A stretch of 64,000 bases of DNA from Candidatus Moraniibacteriota bacterium (lineage in GTDB: Bacteria; Patescibacteriota; Minisyncoccia; Moranbacterales; GWC2-37-73): positions 20,122 to 84,121 of the forward strand of contig DAOOTD010000003.1 of assembly GCA_035390125.1 (NCBI GenBank). Direction: 5' to 3'. This document shows, in pieces, positions 28,973 through 42,600 of the stretch. The notes beneath the pieces are model-generated. The model did no database searches. It was not told the origin of the DNA and saw only the letters and a list, made by a program, of their open reading frames with translations. Within the stretch, counting starts at the first letter, position 1. Each line of letters opens with the position of its first letter. The position numbers and the translations under genes were made by a program.

Positions 28973-29383
28973 ATGTGTATGATGTATGCAGTAACAATGA
29001 AAAAGGAAATTGTATCGTCTAAACCATGTGTTAAAAATGGAAGCTCGAAAGTTATAAATTATCTGTTAGACAAATTTGGGGCGCAAAATCTATTTTTTTG
29101 CCGCCCAGGAGACAAATGCATGTTCGTTTGTCCAAGAGAAAATGTACCCTTTGAGGTGCATGAAACAATTGAGTTTTTTGAAAATTTCGGAGGATTCATG
29201 AAAGGAATTATTGATCCTGGAATTTACAGGATTAGCCTGCATGACCAAAGAGAAACTTCGCATTATCTGATTTTGGAAAAATACGAGAATCAGAAATGGA
29301 AAGAATTTGCCGGACTTTGCGGGGGATGGACTAATGGACTTATGATTGACTGGCGCGGCATTCGTCCGGTTCAAATTAATTAA
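28973..29383 (+). CDS. Hypothetical Cys-containing protein (136 aa), opposite strand to the surrounding NER genes
   Basis: GGAGG RBS 9 nt upstream of ATG 28973 (the track ORF begins at GTG 28967). Product MCMMYAVTMKKEIVSSKPCVKNGSSKV...FFCRPGDKCMFVCPRENVPFEVHE... shows no recognisable family. It is followed by its own hairpin terminator. Confidence 0.5.
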   Translation: MCMMYAVTMKKEIVSSKPCVKNGSSKVINYLLDKFGAQNLFFCRPGDKCMFVCPRENVPFEVHETIEFFENFGGFMKGIIDPGIYRISLHDQRETSHYLILEKYENQKWKEFAGLCGGWTNGLMIDWRGIRPVQIN

Positions 29384-29408
29384 GGGAAATTCTATCACCA
29401 ATTATCCT

Positions 29409-29448
29409 ATAGCGCAGCGCTTATCCAAGCTCTGCGCTATTTTATTTT
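29409..29448 (+). terminator. Rho-independent terminator of the 28973-29383 ORF (possibly bidirectional, since uvrA copy 2 ends 27 nt away)
   Basis: ATAGCGCAG-(14-nt loop)-CTGCGCTAT 9-bp stem, followed by TTTATTTT. Confidence 0.55.
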
Positions 29449-29474
29449 CAAAAAAGCTTCTGATATAAATTACT

Positions 29475-32369
29475 TTATTTTTTCTTCAGCACGTCCTTCA
29501 GATATTTTGCCGTATAGCTTTCTTTATGGTATTTGGCAATTTCTTCCGGCGGACCTGTAACAACAATTCGCCCGCCATTGTCGCCTCCTTCCGGACCCAT
29601 ATCAATGATCCAATCGGCTGTTTTGATGACATCCATATTATGTTCGATTACGACAACGCTGTTTCCCGCATCAACCAAGCGGTTCAAAACATTAAGTAAT
29701 TTTTTTATGTCCTCAAAATGCAACCCGGTTGTCGGCTCATCTAAAATATACAAAGTATCTCCGGTCGCGCGCCGCGAAAGTTCCGCCGCCAGTTTTATCC
29801 TTTGCGCTTCCCCGCCAGAAAGAGTGGTCGCGCTCTGTCCTAGTTCAATATAGCCCAATCCCACTTCCTCCAACACTGCAAGTGGATCGTGTATTTTAGG
29901 GAAAGCTTCAAAAAATTTAACGCCTTCAGAAACTGTCATTTTCAAAACTTCAGCAATATTTTTCCCTTTATATTTAACTTGCAAAGTTTCCCTATTATAT
30001 CTTTTCCCATTGCAAACATCGCAGGGCAAATAGACATCTGGCATAAACTGCATTTCTATTTTCAAAAATCCTTCACCGTTGCAATTATCACATCGCCCGC
30101 CGTGAATGTTGAACGAAAATCTTCCCGGACCATAACCGCGCATTTTGGCATCTTTCGTCTGAGCAAACAGTTCGCGTATCGGCGTAAAAAGTCCCGTATA
30201 TGTCGCCGGATTGGAACGCGGAGTTCTTCCAATTGGCGACTGATCGATCATAATCACTTTGTCTATATTTTCAATGCCAATTATTTCTTTGTGCCTGCCC
30301 GGCGCATCCAATGAGCGGTGCAATTTATTGGCCAATGCCCTATATAATGTTTCTTCAACCAAGGTTGATTTTCCGGATCCTGAAACTCCGGTCACGCAAG
30401 TAAAAACTTTCAGTGGAAATTCCGCCACAATATTTTTTAAATTATGTTCTCCGGCTCCGCGAACTACAATTCTTTTTTTCTTATTTGCATCTCTTCGAAA
30501 TTTTGGAATTTCTATTTCCAGTTCTCCCCGCAAATATTTTCCGGTCAAAGACTTTAGATTATTAATAACTTCCTCAGGCGTTCCTTCGGCCACAATTTCC
30601 CCGCCATGTTTTCCGGCTCCTGGTCCGATATCCACCAGCCAATCAGCCGAGCGCATCATTTCCTCATCGTGTTCAATGACAATCAAAGTATTTCCTATTT
30701 TTTGAAGTTGACGGAGCGTTTCGATGAGTTTCGCGTTATCGCGCGCGTGGAGACCAATTGATGGTTCATCCAAAATATACAAAACCCCGACCAATTGCGA
30801 ACCTATTTGCGAAGCCAGACGAATTCTTTGTGATTCTCCTCCTGACAATGAATAGGCAGCCCGATGCAATGTCAGATAATCCAATCCGACATTATTGAGA
30901 AAAACCAACCGTGCAATAATTTCCTTTAGAATTCTGCCGGCAATCAATTCTTCGCGATGCGTTAATTTTAAATTCTGAAAAAAATTCAAACATTCGCGGA
31001 TACTCATGATTGATGCTTCATATATGTTTTTGTTTCCTACTGTAACAAATAAAACTTCTTTCTTATATCTGGCGCCTTTACAGGTTGAGCATGGTTTCTG
31101 CGACATATATTTTTCAATCCCTTCGCGAACTGCATCGGATTCGGTTTTAAAATAACGATCCTGCAGGAAACCAACTATTCCCCGCCACTGCATATAGAAC
31201 TTCCAGTTAGTGCCGGTTTTGGCGCGAATTGTTATTGGGATTTCTTCCGCTTTTTCCTCAGAAACCATGCTTTCATGATCAGCTGTTCCATAAAGAAGCA
31301 GATCTAGCTTTCTTTTAGGCATGTCGCGCAATCTGGCATTGTCAGGAATATTGAAATATCTGACTACTGACAAAATAACGCCGCCGTAGTAATTATTTTT
31401 TTTGAAATTCCAGGGTGCCAAACCGCCTTCAGCGATTGTCTTATTTGTGTCAGGCATGACTCTTTCAATATCTATCTCTTTTTTAAACCCCAGCCCCTCG
31501 CAAGCTGGACAGGCACCATATGGAGAATTGAACGAGAACAGCCTCGGCTCCATTTCAGGAAATTCTACATCGTGCAAAGGACAAGATAACTTTTGATTAA
31601 AAACAACTTCGTTTTTTGCTTGTTTGCTGTTTTTTGTTTCCTGATTACTGATTTTTACCAATCCTTCGGACATTTTCAGTGCTTTTTCAACACCCTCAAA
31701 TATTCGGCTTAAATTTTCAGCCTTTACTTCGATTCTGTCGACAATAAGATCGATGTTATGTTTCTTGTATCGTTCCAGTTTTATCTCTTTGAAATTTTCC
31801 AGTTTATATAATTTTCCATTAACAATAGCTTCAGAAAAACCTCGTTTCCACATGTCATCAAGCAAGGTTAAATATTCACCTTTTCTTTCGCGCACAATTG
31901 GAGAAATAATTTCGATTAAGCGTGTTTCATTTTTATCGCCCATTTCCAAGATACGATCAACAATTTCATCGGTTGAAATTTTTGAAATTTCCTGTCCGCA
32001 AACAGGGCAATGCGGAATTCCGATTTTAGCATAAAGAAGACGCAGATAGTCATGGATTTCTGTCACCGTTCCGACTGTGGAACGCGGATTATGCGAAGCA
32101 GACTTTTGATCAATTGAAATAGCCGGCGACAGACCTTCAATATAGTCCACGTCCGGTTTATCCATTTGGCCCAAAAACTGGCGAGCATAACTGGAAAGGC
32201 TTTCCAGATATCTCCTCTGCCCCTCGGCAAAAATGGTATCAAAAGCCAGCGTAGATTTTCCTGAACCGGAAATTCCCGTAAATACAATGAATTTATTGCG
32301 TGGGAGCTCTAGATCAATGTTTTTCAAATTATGTTCGCGCGCACCTTTTATTATAATTTTGTCTTCCAT
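29475..32369 (-). CDS. uvrA: Excinuclease ABC subunit A paralog (copy 2), full length
   Basis: [40 protein letters not shown] zinc finger, second Walker [17 protein letters not shown] signatures twice; 964 aa. Its 3' half (29475 to ~30700) reaches 55-65% GC. Confidence 0.9.
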   Translation of the reverse strand: MEDKIIIKGAREHNLKNIDLELPRNKFIVFTGISGSGKSTLAFDTIFAEGQRRYLESLSSYARQFLGQMDKPDVDYIEGLSPAISIDQKSASHNPRSTVGTVTEIHDYLRLLYAKIGIPHCPVCGQEISKISTDEIVDRILEMGDKNETRLIEIISPIVRERKGEYLTLLDDMWKRGFSEAIVNGKLYKLENFKEIKLERYKKHNIDLIVDRIEVKAENLSRIFEGVEKALKMSEGLVKISNQETKNSKQAKNEVVFNQKLSCPLHDVEFPEMEPRLFSFNSPYGACPACEGLGFKKEIDIERVMPDTNKTIAEGGLAPWNFKKNNYYGGVILSVVRYFNIPDNARLRDMPKRKLDLLLYGTADHESMVSEEKAEEIPITIRAKTGTNWKFYMQWRGIVGFLQDRYFKTESDAVREGIEKYMSQKPCSTCKGARYKKEVLFVTVGNKNIYEASIMSIRECLNFFQNLKLTHREELIAGRILKEIIARLVFLNNVGLDYLTLHRAAYSLSGGESQRIRLASQIGSQLVGVLYILDEPSIGLHARDNAKLIETLRQLQKIGNTLIVIEHDEEMMRSADWLVDIGPGAGKHGGEIVAEGTPEEVINNLKSLTGKYLRGELEIEIPKFRRDANKKKRIVVRGAGEHNLKNIVAEFPLKVFTCVTGVSGSGKSTLVEETLYRALANKLHRSLDAPGRHKEIIGIENIDKVIMIDQSPIGRTPRSNPATYTGLFTPIRELFAQTKDAKMRGYGPGRFSFNIHGGRCDNCNGEGFLKIEMQFMPDVYLPCDVCNGKRYNRETLQVKYKGKNIAEVLKMTVSEGVKFFEAFPKIHDPLAVLEEVGLGYIELGQSATTLSGGEAQRIKLAAELSRRATGDTLYILDEPTTGLHFEDIKKLLNVLNRLVDAGNSVVVIEHNMDVIKTADWIIDMGPEGGDNGGRIVVTGPPEEIAKYHKESYTAKYLKDVLKKK

Positions 32370-32397
32370 AAACTATTATTATTAAACATGGCAAATT

Positions 32398-34356
<1,959 letters not shown>

Positions 34357-34402
34357 ATATCATTTTATTATCCTTGCATACTATATATCTTGCTAAATAT
34401 GA

Positions 34403-34433
34403 ATAATATAAGAAAAAATGATTATTGTAAACC
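34403..34433 (-). promoter_or_regulatory. Candidate sigma70-type promoter of the uvrB-uvrA2 operon, carrying the same conserved element as the uvrA copy 1 promoter
   Basis: Gene-strand GGTTTACAATAATCATTTTTTCTTATATTAT: -35 TTTACA, 17-nt spacer, -10 TATTAT; about 45 nt upstream of the ATG. Confidence 0.5.
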
Positions 34434-34527
34434 TAATTATTTATTGATTGATATAAAATCAGGCACTGCTGATAAGCAGTGCCTGATTAAAGAATAAACA
34501 TTCTAAAAGGTTTTGGGAGATTTTATT

Positions 34528-36504
34528 TTAGGCTCTTTTTCTTCTCATCCGCAACCAATTTACTATAAGAATAAATATTACAACACCCAAGAAAGCGTAC
34601 CACCAAAATTGTCCTGATGATTTTGGTTTTTCTTCTGTTTCGCTAGAAACAGTATTTTTGGACTCAGTTCCCAAAACTTCACCTACATCTTCATTTTTAT
34701 TATTTATTTCTGCCGCCAAAACTTGTTTTGTGTTACTGTTCAGGCTATTTGCATTTTCTCCGATAACAATGTCTTCGGACAATATTTCAGTGCCTTCATC
34801 GTTTATAATAATATCTGACCCCGTTTCTGTTGGAATTTCTATAGAGATAACCTTTGCATCACTATTGTTCCCGACTTCATCCAGACTAACAAATTTATAA
34901 TAATATTTCTCTCCTCTCTTCACGTTTTGATCAGTATAGTTTTCATCATTTTTTTCATTTTTAGCAATCCGCGAGTTATTATCAATTTTAAAATCCTTGC
35001 TCTTCCCTTTGTATATATAAACCATATCTATATCAGAGTCATCAGCATTCCAACTAAGATTTACAAAAACATTTTCACTATCATATTTTGCATCCAAATC
35101 ACTGATTTCATTAGGATCTTCTGCATCCACTTTGATTTCTTTTTCACCTATAAAGCTGTAATTTGAAGCTTTGTCTATACTTCTGTAATAAAGTTTCCAT
35201 GTTCCGTTATCTATAGTAATTGGATCAGTATAATTTAGCCATGTTCCTGAGTTACTATTTAATTGATATTCTATTCCTTCTACATCATAATTATCGCTTG
35301 CAGTCAGAGTTATTTTTGGTTTGCTTTTATACCACCCATTATTACCATCGTTTTCTGCAGGATAAATTGACGCAAATACTTCGGGCTTAGTCATATCATA
35401 AACTATATTAATAGAATAGGAGTTTGATGTGCTGTAATCATTATAAACAGCCTTAGAATAAACCCCATAAATTCCTTCAGGAATTGTTACTGGAATTTTA
35501 TAATTCCAAGCTCCTTTTCCATTAGCATGAACTGCTGTTTCGCCTTCCTGCCAATTTGTCCCATTCCAATAGTTAATTTCTTCTGAACCGAAAGATTTGT
35601 GCGATATTTTTAGTTCAATATATTTAACGCCAGAAGCCTTCTCTATCGCAATGCCAGAAATTGACCCATCCCAAACATTAGTAGCTATTAAGCCTTTATC
35701 ACCAAGATTAAAGGTCGTTATATAATTGCCAATCAAACCTAAACTCATCTTAAATGTATGGCTATGGTCTTCTAACATGGTGTTGCCTGCATTGTCTTTG
35801 GCTTTAGAAACATATATTGAATTGATTCCGTTCTTCAGGTTATCATAAGGACAATCAAAACAAAAAGTTCTGGCATCACTATCGCCACAATTGTCTACAT
35901 CCTGAGTATGTGAAAGCAAAAAAACAGAAGACCTGACAGACACTTCTGGAATATTGTCTATACCTTCATTAAAAGTAATTTTTATGGTCGGTATAGTTGA
36001 ACCCAAATAGGAAAACTGATCATAAGTTTTGCCATCTGAACTGATATTTTTTATTGAAGGCCTAACGGTATCCACATTAAATGTGTGTGTATTATCTTCA
36101 GCCATTTTATTTTCTATATCATCCTGGGCTTCAGAAATATATATAACCTTCTTTTCTTGAGTTGAAGAGGGTACATTATATTTAAAACAAAAAGTCTTGC
36201 TATCACCATCATCACAATCATTAACATTTTGTGCGAATATGGGACTGTAAATGTAAGCCGGAGATGGTATTGGAGATATTGGAAGAAAAAGAGAAGGTGA
36301 TGATATTACTGATATTCTCGGTTTATTAATTATATCTTCATCAAAATCAACTCTGACAACTGGGTCATCTGAATCCAAATTATAAGTTTCACCATCTGAA
36401 CTGACGTTTACAACTGAAGGCCCAGATACAGCTTCGGCTGCTTTAAAAAAAATGAAAATTCCAAAAACAATAACCACAAATAAGATTGCTTTTTTATTTT
36501 TCAT
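34528..36504 (-). CDS. Cell-surface protein with signal peptide, Ig-like/beta-sandwich domains, a C-terminal CHB_HEX_C-like + FN3-like module, and a C-terminal TM anchor with basic tail
   Basis: Signal peptide MKNKKAILFVVIVFGIFIFFKAAEA|V. Residues ~370-560 align with the C-terminal module of the 2211-aa protein (WY.SKP..TL.A.D....IEYQ..S.SGTW..Y..P..ID.G...YYR..D.A.N.S.IGEK.IKVD..DP.E..DL.A.Y...ADDSDI..VYIY.G...DFK). The C-terminus is KPKSSGQFWWYAFLGVVIFILIVNWLRMRRKRA. Confidence 0.7.
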   Translation of the reverse strand: MKNKKAILFVVIVFGIFIFFKAAEAVSGPSVVNVSSDGETYNLDSDDPVVRVDFDEDIINKPRISVISSPSLFLPISPIPSPAYIYSPIFAQNVNDCDDGDSKTFCFKYNVPSSTQEKKVIYISEAQDDIENKMAEDNTHTFNVDTVRPSIKNISSDGKTYDQFSYLGSTIPTIKITFNEGIDNIPEVSVRSSVFLLSHTQDVDNCGDSDARTFCFDCPYDNLKNGINSIYVSKAKDNAGNTMLEDHSHTFKMSLGLIGNYITTFNLGDKGLIATNVWDGSISGIAIEKASGVKYIELKISHKSFGSEEINYWNGTNWQEGETAVHANGKGAWNYKIPVTIPEGIYGVYSKAVYNDYSTSNSYSINIVYDMTKPEVFASIYPAENDGNNGWYKSKPKITLTASDNYDVEGIEYQLNSNSGTWLNYTDPITIDNGTWKLYYRSIDKASNYSFIGEKEIKVDAEDPNEISDLDAKYDSENVFVNLSWNADDSDIDMVYIYKGKSKDFKIDNNSRIAKNEKNDENYTDQNVKRGEKYYYKFVSLDEVGNNSDAKVISIEIPTETGSDIIINDEGTEILSEDIVIGENANSLNSNTKQVLAAEINNKNEDVGEVLGTESKNTVSSETEEKPKSSGQFWWYAFLGVVIFILIVNWLRMRRKRA

Positions 36505-36622
36505 ATTATTTATATAGTCTGATCCCGCATTAAATGATTTTTTATGCAGAATTTAACAATTTTATTCTTCCTATATTATATCACAGAAAACACAAAAAAT
36601 ACATCCGGCTAAAACTGGCTCT

Positions 36623-36660
36623 TGCAAAACAAAAAAGTTGAGGTTTCAGAACCTCAACTT
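36623..36660 (-). terminator. Rho-independent terminator of the giant surface-protein gene
   Basis: Perfect 11-bp stem AAGTTGAGGTT-tcag-AACCTCAACTT, followed on the minus strand by TTTTTTGTTTTG. Confidence 0.7.
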
Positions 36661-36692
36661 TTCATAATCCTTGTTACAAGAAAATCTTATTC

Positions 36693-39600
36693 TTATTCAT
36701 CCTTTCTTTTTAATATCAGCCACAAAACTCCTCCAACTAATACGGCTACTCCTAGCGTAAACCATAGATACCACCAGTTTTGCGATGAAGATGCGGGTTT
36801 TGTTTCTGCAATACTTTTCTTTTTTTGCTGAGATTCTGATCCTAGAGGTTGACCACCTTGATCACTTCCGCTCGGCGTCGTGATTTCATTATTATCTCCA
36901 ATAGGTTCCCTCTCGACTACCGCATCAGCTGGCAATGCTTCTGTGCCTTCATAGACTACAGTGGCTTGCCCACCTGCTTTTGGAATTTCAATAGAAATCT
37001 TCTCTACTTCGCTTTTGTTGCCAGCATCATCCAGCGCAACGAGTTTATAATAATATTTTACCCCTCTTTCAATATCATAATCGGTAAAATCTTCGTCACT
37101 ATGGTCGTTTTTAGCAACACGCGAAGAGCTGTTAACTTTGAAATCGCTAGTCGTGCCTCGGTATATATAAACATCTTTTATATCCGAGTCATCAGCATCC
37201 CATTCTAATTTTACCCCATTGGTATCTTCCTTGTATGTCGCCTGCAAATCTTCAACTTCATCAGGATCATGCGTATCCACTTTTATATGCTTTTCCCCTA
37301 TTGGGCTAACATTACCCGCCAAGTCCAGTGCCCTATAGTAAAACATATATTCACCATCATCAATCTCTACAGGAGATGGATAGGTTGTCCATGTTCCTGA
37401 AGTTGAATCAATCTGATATTCTATCCTGTCTAAGTTCAAATCAACTGCACTCAATGTCACATCTGGTTTGGAAACATACCAGTGATTGTCTCCATCTGGA
37501 TGGCTAGGATCAATTTCAAGAGTAACTACTGGAGGAGTTGTGTCCCAAATAAGAGTGAACTCATCATAAGCTGAATTACCCACATTGTCAGTCACTGTAA
37601 GTCTAGCCACATATGTTCCGTCAGTATCAGCAGATATGTCAGTATCTTCAGCATTTGGAGATACAAAAGTTATAGTTCCGGGACCTGAAGTTTGTGTCCA
37701 AGAGTAAGTTGCTATTCCACTGCCATCATCAGAAGCTGTGGCATCTTGAGTAAATAAGGCGTTAACAACTTTGTCCGTCCCGGCATCTACGCTTGGAGGA
37801 TTTCCATCCACTATCCTGGTTATGTGATTCATTCCTCCACCACCCCAATGTTCTACGCTGTCGCGTCCGCGCATCGCAAAATCATATGATACACCATCAC
37901 TTAGAAGTCCGCTGAGGTCTGCGATGCAGTTTGATCCATCCCAAGTAGCACTAGACCAACTTGCTGGCCATGCATCTCCAGTTACTCTAAATCTGTATTC
38001 ACAAGCAACGATTGGTGAAACTGAATCTGAAATTGTTCCAGTAAGTGTTGGATTTGCGTTGGTATATGTGCCATCATCCGGACTTATTGTTATTGAATCA
38101 GTAGTTGGATTTGCAGAATCGACTGTGTAAGTTGCTGGTGTTCCTGTTCCTTGATTGCCAACCATGTCATTGACTCTTACGTTTACCGTGTATACTGTTC
38201 CATCCGCAATAGTTGGACTGATGTCTGCTATGCAACGTCCAGTTCCTGAATTGTAAGATCCAGAATACCAATTGGCTCCATCATCCAGGGTGTATTCACA
38301 AGTGGTGATGTCCAATCCGGAAGCTGCATCTGAAACGTCGGCAATAATACGAAATGTGTCATCACCTCTTACATATGGAGTATAGTTTGTCCATGGAGAA
38401 GTTCTTACTATTCGAACATTGCTTACTATTGGTGCAGCTGCATCCACTGTTCTAGTTATATTATTTTCCCCGCCTCCGCCATTATGACCTAATGTGTCCG
38501 TTGCGCGGGTTGAAAAATCATACGAAACTCCGTCAGAAAGACCACTAATACTTCCTGTGCATGTTCCAGTTCTTGGATCGCCTGACGGTGTCCATGTTCC
38601 ACTCATCCAAGTTGTCCATCCTCCGCTTCCGGAACCAGTCACCCTGTATCTGTATTCACAACTGGTGATTGGTGAAACTGTATCACTAAGCGTACCGGTT
38701 ATTGTCGGATCAGCACTGGTATAAATACCATCAGGATCAGGACTAATCGCTATTGAGTCAGTATGTGGTCCTTCGGAATCAACTGTATATACAACAGCGC
38801 TTCCTTCTCCTATATTGCCAACAAGATCAGAGACTCTAATGTTTATTGTAAAAACATCGCCATCCGTAAGGGTTGCTGGGATACTAGCTATGCAACGTCC
38901 AGTTCCGACATTGTAAGATCCGGCATACCAGTTAGCTCCGTTATCCAGTGTGTATTCGCAAGTGGTAGTATCTAATCCTGAAGCTGCATCTGAAACGTCG
39001 GCACGGATACGGGTTGTTACGTTTCCATTGATATATGGATAGAAATCGGTTCCACTGCTTTGAACCACAGCTTGAACATTGGTTACGCTTGGCGCAACTG
39101 TATCTTTAGTGAAAGTCCTGGAATCAGTGCCTATATTTCCAGCTGCATCAGTATCACGAACATTCAAAGTAAAGCTTGTTTCGCCAAGTCCGGCAAAATC
39201 TGAAAGCATAGAAAATGTATCACCAGATGCGCATGATTCCCATGCTCCACCATCTATATTACATTCTTGGGTACCAGGTTCTGAACTTGAGAATGTAAAA
39301 ACTGATGTTCCACTGGCATAAGCTGAAACAGCAGGAGTTAAAATTGTTACGGTAGAAGGCACTACGTCTTTAGCGGCTGTATCAAGTCTAGGAGTAGCTG
39401 TGTTTCCAGCTACATCTGAAACTGAACATACAACACCTATTGCTCCATCATTCAAACCTAATAAGGAACCTGAAGAGATGGTTGCAGTATTGCCAGATAT
39501 TAGCCCTGACACAGGAATATATGTAAAAGTATCGCTTATTAAACATGCAACTGATTGGCCGTCTTCTACGCCGGTTGTAACTACGTCTATATCAACTCCC

Positions 39601-42600
39601 GAAGTTGCATCTGCTAAGTTCACGTACTCATCGGAACCTAAAGCTACGCTTGATATTGTCGGTACGCCGGTGTCTTTTGTAGCAATATCAATTTCTGGAT
39701 TAGCCGGATTGCCAGCTATGTCGGAAACATTGCAAGTAGAAGTTAATATTCCATCAGCCAAAGAAGTCAACGCTCCGGTAGCTATTGTTACCGCATTACC
39801 AGATATAGTTCCACTTACAGGACCAACCGATCCAGTGCCTGTATCAGTTATGGTGCAGTCAACTTGTTGGCCGTCTTCTGCTCCATTTGTAACTACATCT
39901 ATATCCACTCCCGAGACTGCTTCAGTTGCGTTTACATATCCATCTGCACCGAAGTGTGCAAATGAAAATGTCGGAACGACCGTGTCTTTAGAGGCAGTAT
40001 CTGTTCCATCAACGGCTGGATTTCCGGCCGCATCTGAAACTGAACATGTAGCTGTCAATAATCCATCGCTCAAAGAAGTTAGATCTCCTGTAGCTATGGT
40101 GGCTGCATTGCCAGATATAGTTCCGCTTACAGGACCAACCGATCCAGTGCCTGTATCAGTTATGGTGCAGTCAACTTGTTGGCCGTCTTCTACGCCGGTT
40201 GTAACTACATCTATATTAACGCTTGATGTAGCTTCCGCTAAGTTTATGTATTCATCCGAATCCAGAGCTACGCTTGTAAAAGTCGGGGCACTTGTATCTA
40301 CCGTGATACCTCTCGTTCCATCTACAGCATTAGGATTGCCAGCATTATCTGTAGCAACTGCTGTTAATGTTTCAGCTCCTTCTCCGAAAGCGGTAATTGC
40401 TGCTGCATCTAAAACATAAGACCAAGTGGTTGAGGTAACAATTGTTGTAGGATTTCCATTTAGGGTAACCGTTGAACCGTCTTCATTTCCGCCAGTCACA
40501 GTTACCGTTGCTGTTTGTTCGGCAGCATTGATAATATCATCAGTAGCAACTACATCGATAGTTGGAGTTGCTGGAGGAGTTGAATCATAAGTGAATGTCA
40601 ATGTATCGGAAGCTGAATTTCCTGAATTATCCAAAACAGACAGCTGCAAAGTATAATCTCCATCAACTGAAACTCCGGTAGCATTTGGATCTTCAATGGT
40701 TGGATCGTCAAAAGTTACTGTCCCAGGTCCGGCAGTTTGAGACCATGCATAAGAAGCGACACCAGCGATTGAAGCATCAACTGTAGCATCAAGTGTGACT
40801 GGAAGATCAGCAGCGGCAGCTACAACATCTGCTCCGGCATCAACAGTTGGTGAACTGTTATCAACCGTTATCGCTGATGAACTTGTTCCGGTAGTTTGAA
40901 AAAGTCCGACATTGTCTCCAACACCCAAAGTAGGTGCGGATCCATCCGAAACAACTATATAATAAGTCCCTTCTCCAGCTGAAGGATTAGGTACGGTTAC
41001 AGAACCAGAACAATCTGTTCCCAGATCGCCAAGATCAACATCTCCTCCATCAGCTGCGGTGTCTGTTGACCAATAAGCGTGACATGAAGCTATTCCCGAT
41101 CCAGTTTCCGTAAGTGTGGTTGTCACCACGATTGATGCTCCGTCTTTTACTACATTGTCGTCTAAAGCTACGGAAAAGCCTGAAGGATTGGTATTATCTC
41201 GATGTATGGTTAGTGTTGAAGTTGCTGTATTTCCTGCTGCGTCATAGCAAGTTATCGTGGAGCTTCCATCATATGAATCTAAAGCGCTCCAGGCATAAAG
41301 ACTGCTATAAGGTCCGGGGTTAGCAACATCGCCTCCACCGGCTATATCGCCAGTAGCGGGAAAGTTGACTTTCTGAATTCCTGAACCGCTATCTGTTGCA
41401 GCTTCACTAACTGTAAAATCTCCGGTTCCGGAAATGTTAGTTGTATAATATATAACATTTCCAACTGCATATTGTTCGTTGGGGTTTGTGCCTTCAGCAA
41501 TCGTTGGCTCTGGGCATGTCGGATTGGTAAAGTCAGTTTCAACAGCAGAACCATCACCAATGTTAGCTTTGGTTACAGTTGTTGCATTGTTTCCTGCAGC
41601 ATCAGTTGAAACTAATGTAAAATCAAGTCCTGCACCTTCAGTTTCTGAAGCATCCAAAACACGTGTAAGTGTTGCCGTTGTTCCGACTACTGTATTTGTA
41701 GTTGTCGCCTGACCTCCAATAGTACCGGTTACAGTAGTTCCCGCATCTACCGTCGCAGTAACCGTAACAGTATCACCTGATTTAGCTAAAGTTGTTGTAG
41801 CATTGTTTGAGGCAATATGAATACTGGATGGTGTTGTCGGTGCAGCAACATCTTTAGTAGCTGTATCTGTTCCATTAACAGCTGGGTTTCCGGCCGCATC
41901 TGAAACTGAACAAGTGGCTGTCAATAATCCATCGGCTAAAGAAGTTAGGACTCCGGTAGCTATTGTTACCGCATTGCCAGATATAGTTCCGGTTACTGGA
42001 CCAACTGATCCGGCGACTGTATCCGTTATGGTGCAGGAAACTTGTCTGCCATCTTCTACGCCGGTTGTAGTTACATTTATGTTAACCCCGGAAGTTGCTT
42101 CCGCTGAATTTACATATTCATCAGAGCCCAAAGCTACGCTTGCAAAAGTTGGAGCATTTGCATCAACCGCTAACGTATTACTGTCGTTAAAGTCTGCAAC
42201 TGTAAGATTATTAGTTCCTCCATCTGTCAAATAACAACTTATTGGTAAAGTCCCAGAAGCTCGGTCTGTATCACCAGAGCCAACTACATATGTAAGTGTA
42301 TATGTATAAGGACCGCTACCGCCTGGGCCTGCGAATGTGCCTGCAACATTTTTGCTATTCACAGTGCAAGCACCAACAGTCAAGGTATTTAAAGTTGATG
42401 ATAGCGTAATAGTTAGCGTATCTCCGATTTTTGCAGTTCCTGATGAAGGAGAAACTGATGCAGAAACAGAACCAGTGTTAACTGGAGCCATATAGAAAAT
42501 AGTAAAGTGATCAATGCCATTCGCCTCAATTGTGTCTTCTTTCACATCAATCTTGTCTTCATCAATCACTTTCAAATCCTCTGGTTCGACTTCTTCCAGT

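Noticed and set aside
39400-40419. 339-aa + strand ORF (and many other 60-190-aa ORFs antisense to large genes, e.g. 20852-21415, 21001-21471, 24960-25448, 29889-30705, 56978-57634)
   Set aside because: All lie inside strongly supported minus-strand genes (giant surface protein, fibre protein, uvrA, rpoC). Their periodic amino-acid repeats just mirror the DNA repeats of the sense gene. None shows conserved motifs.
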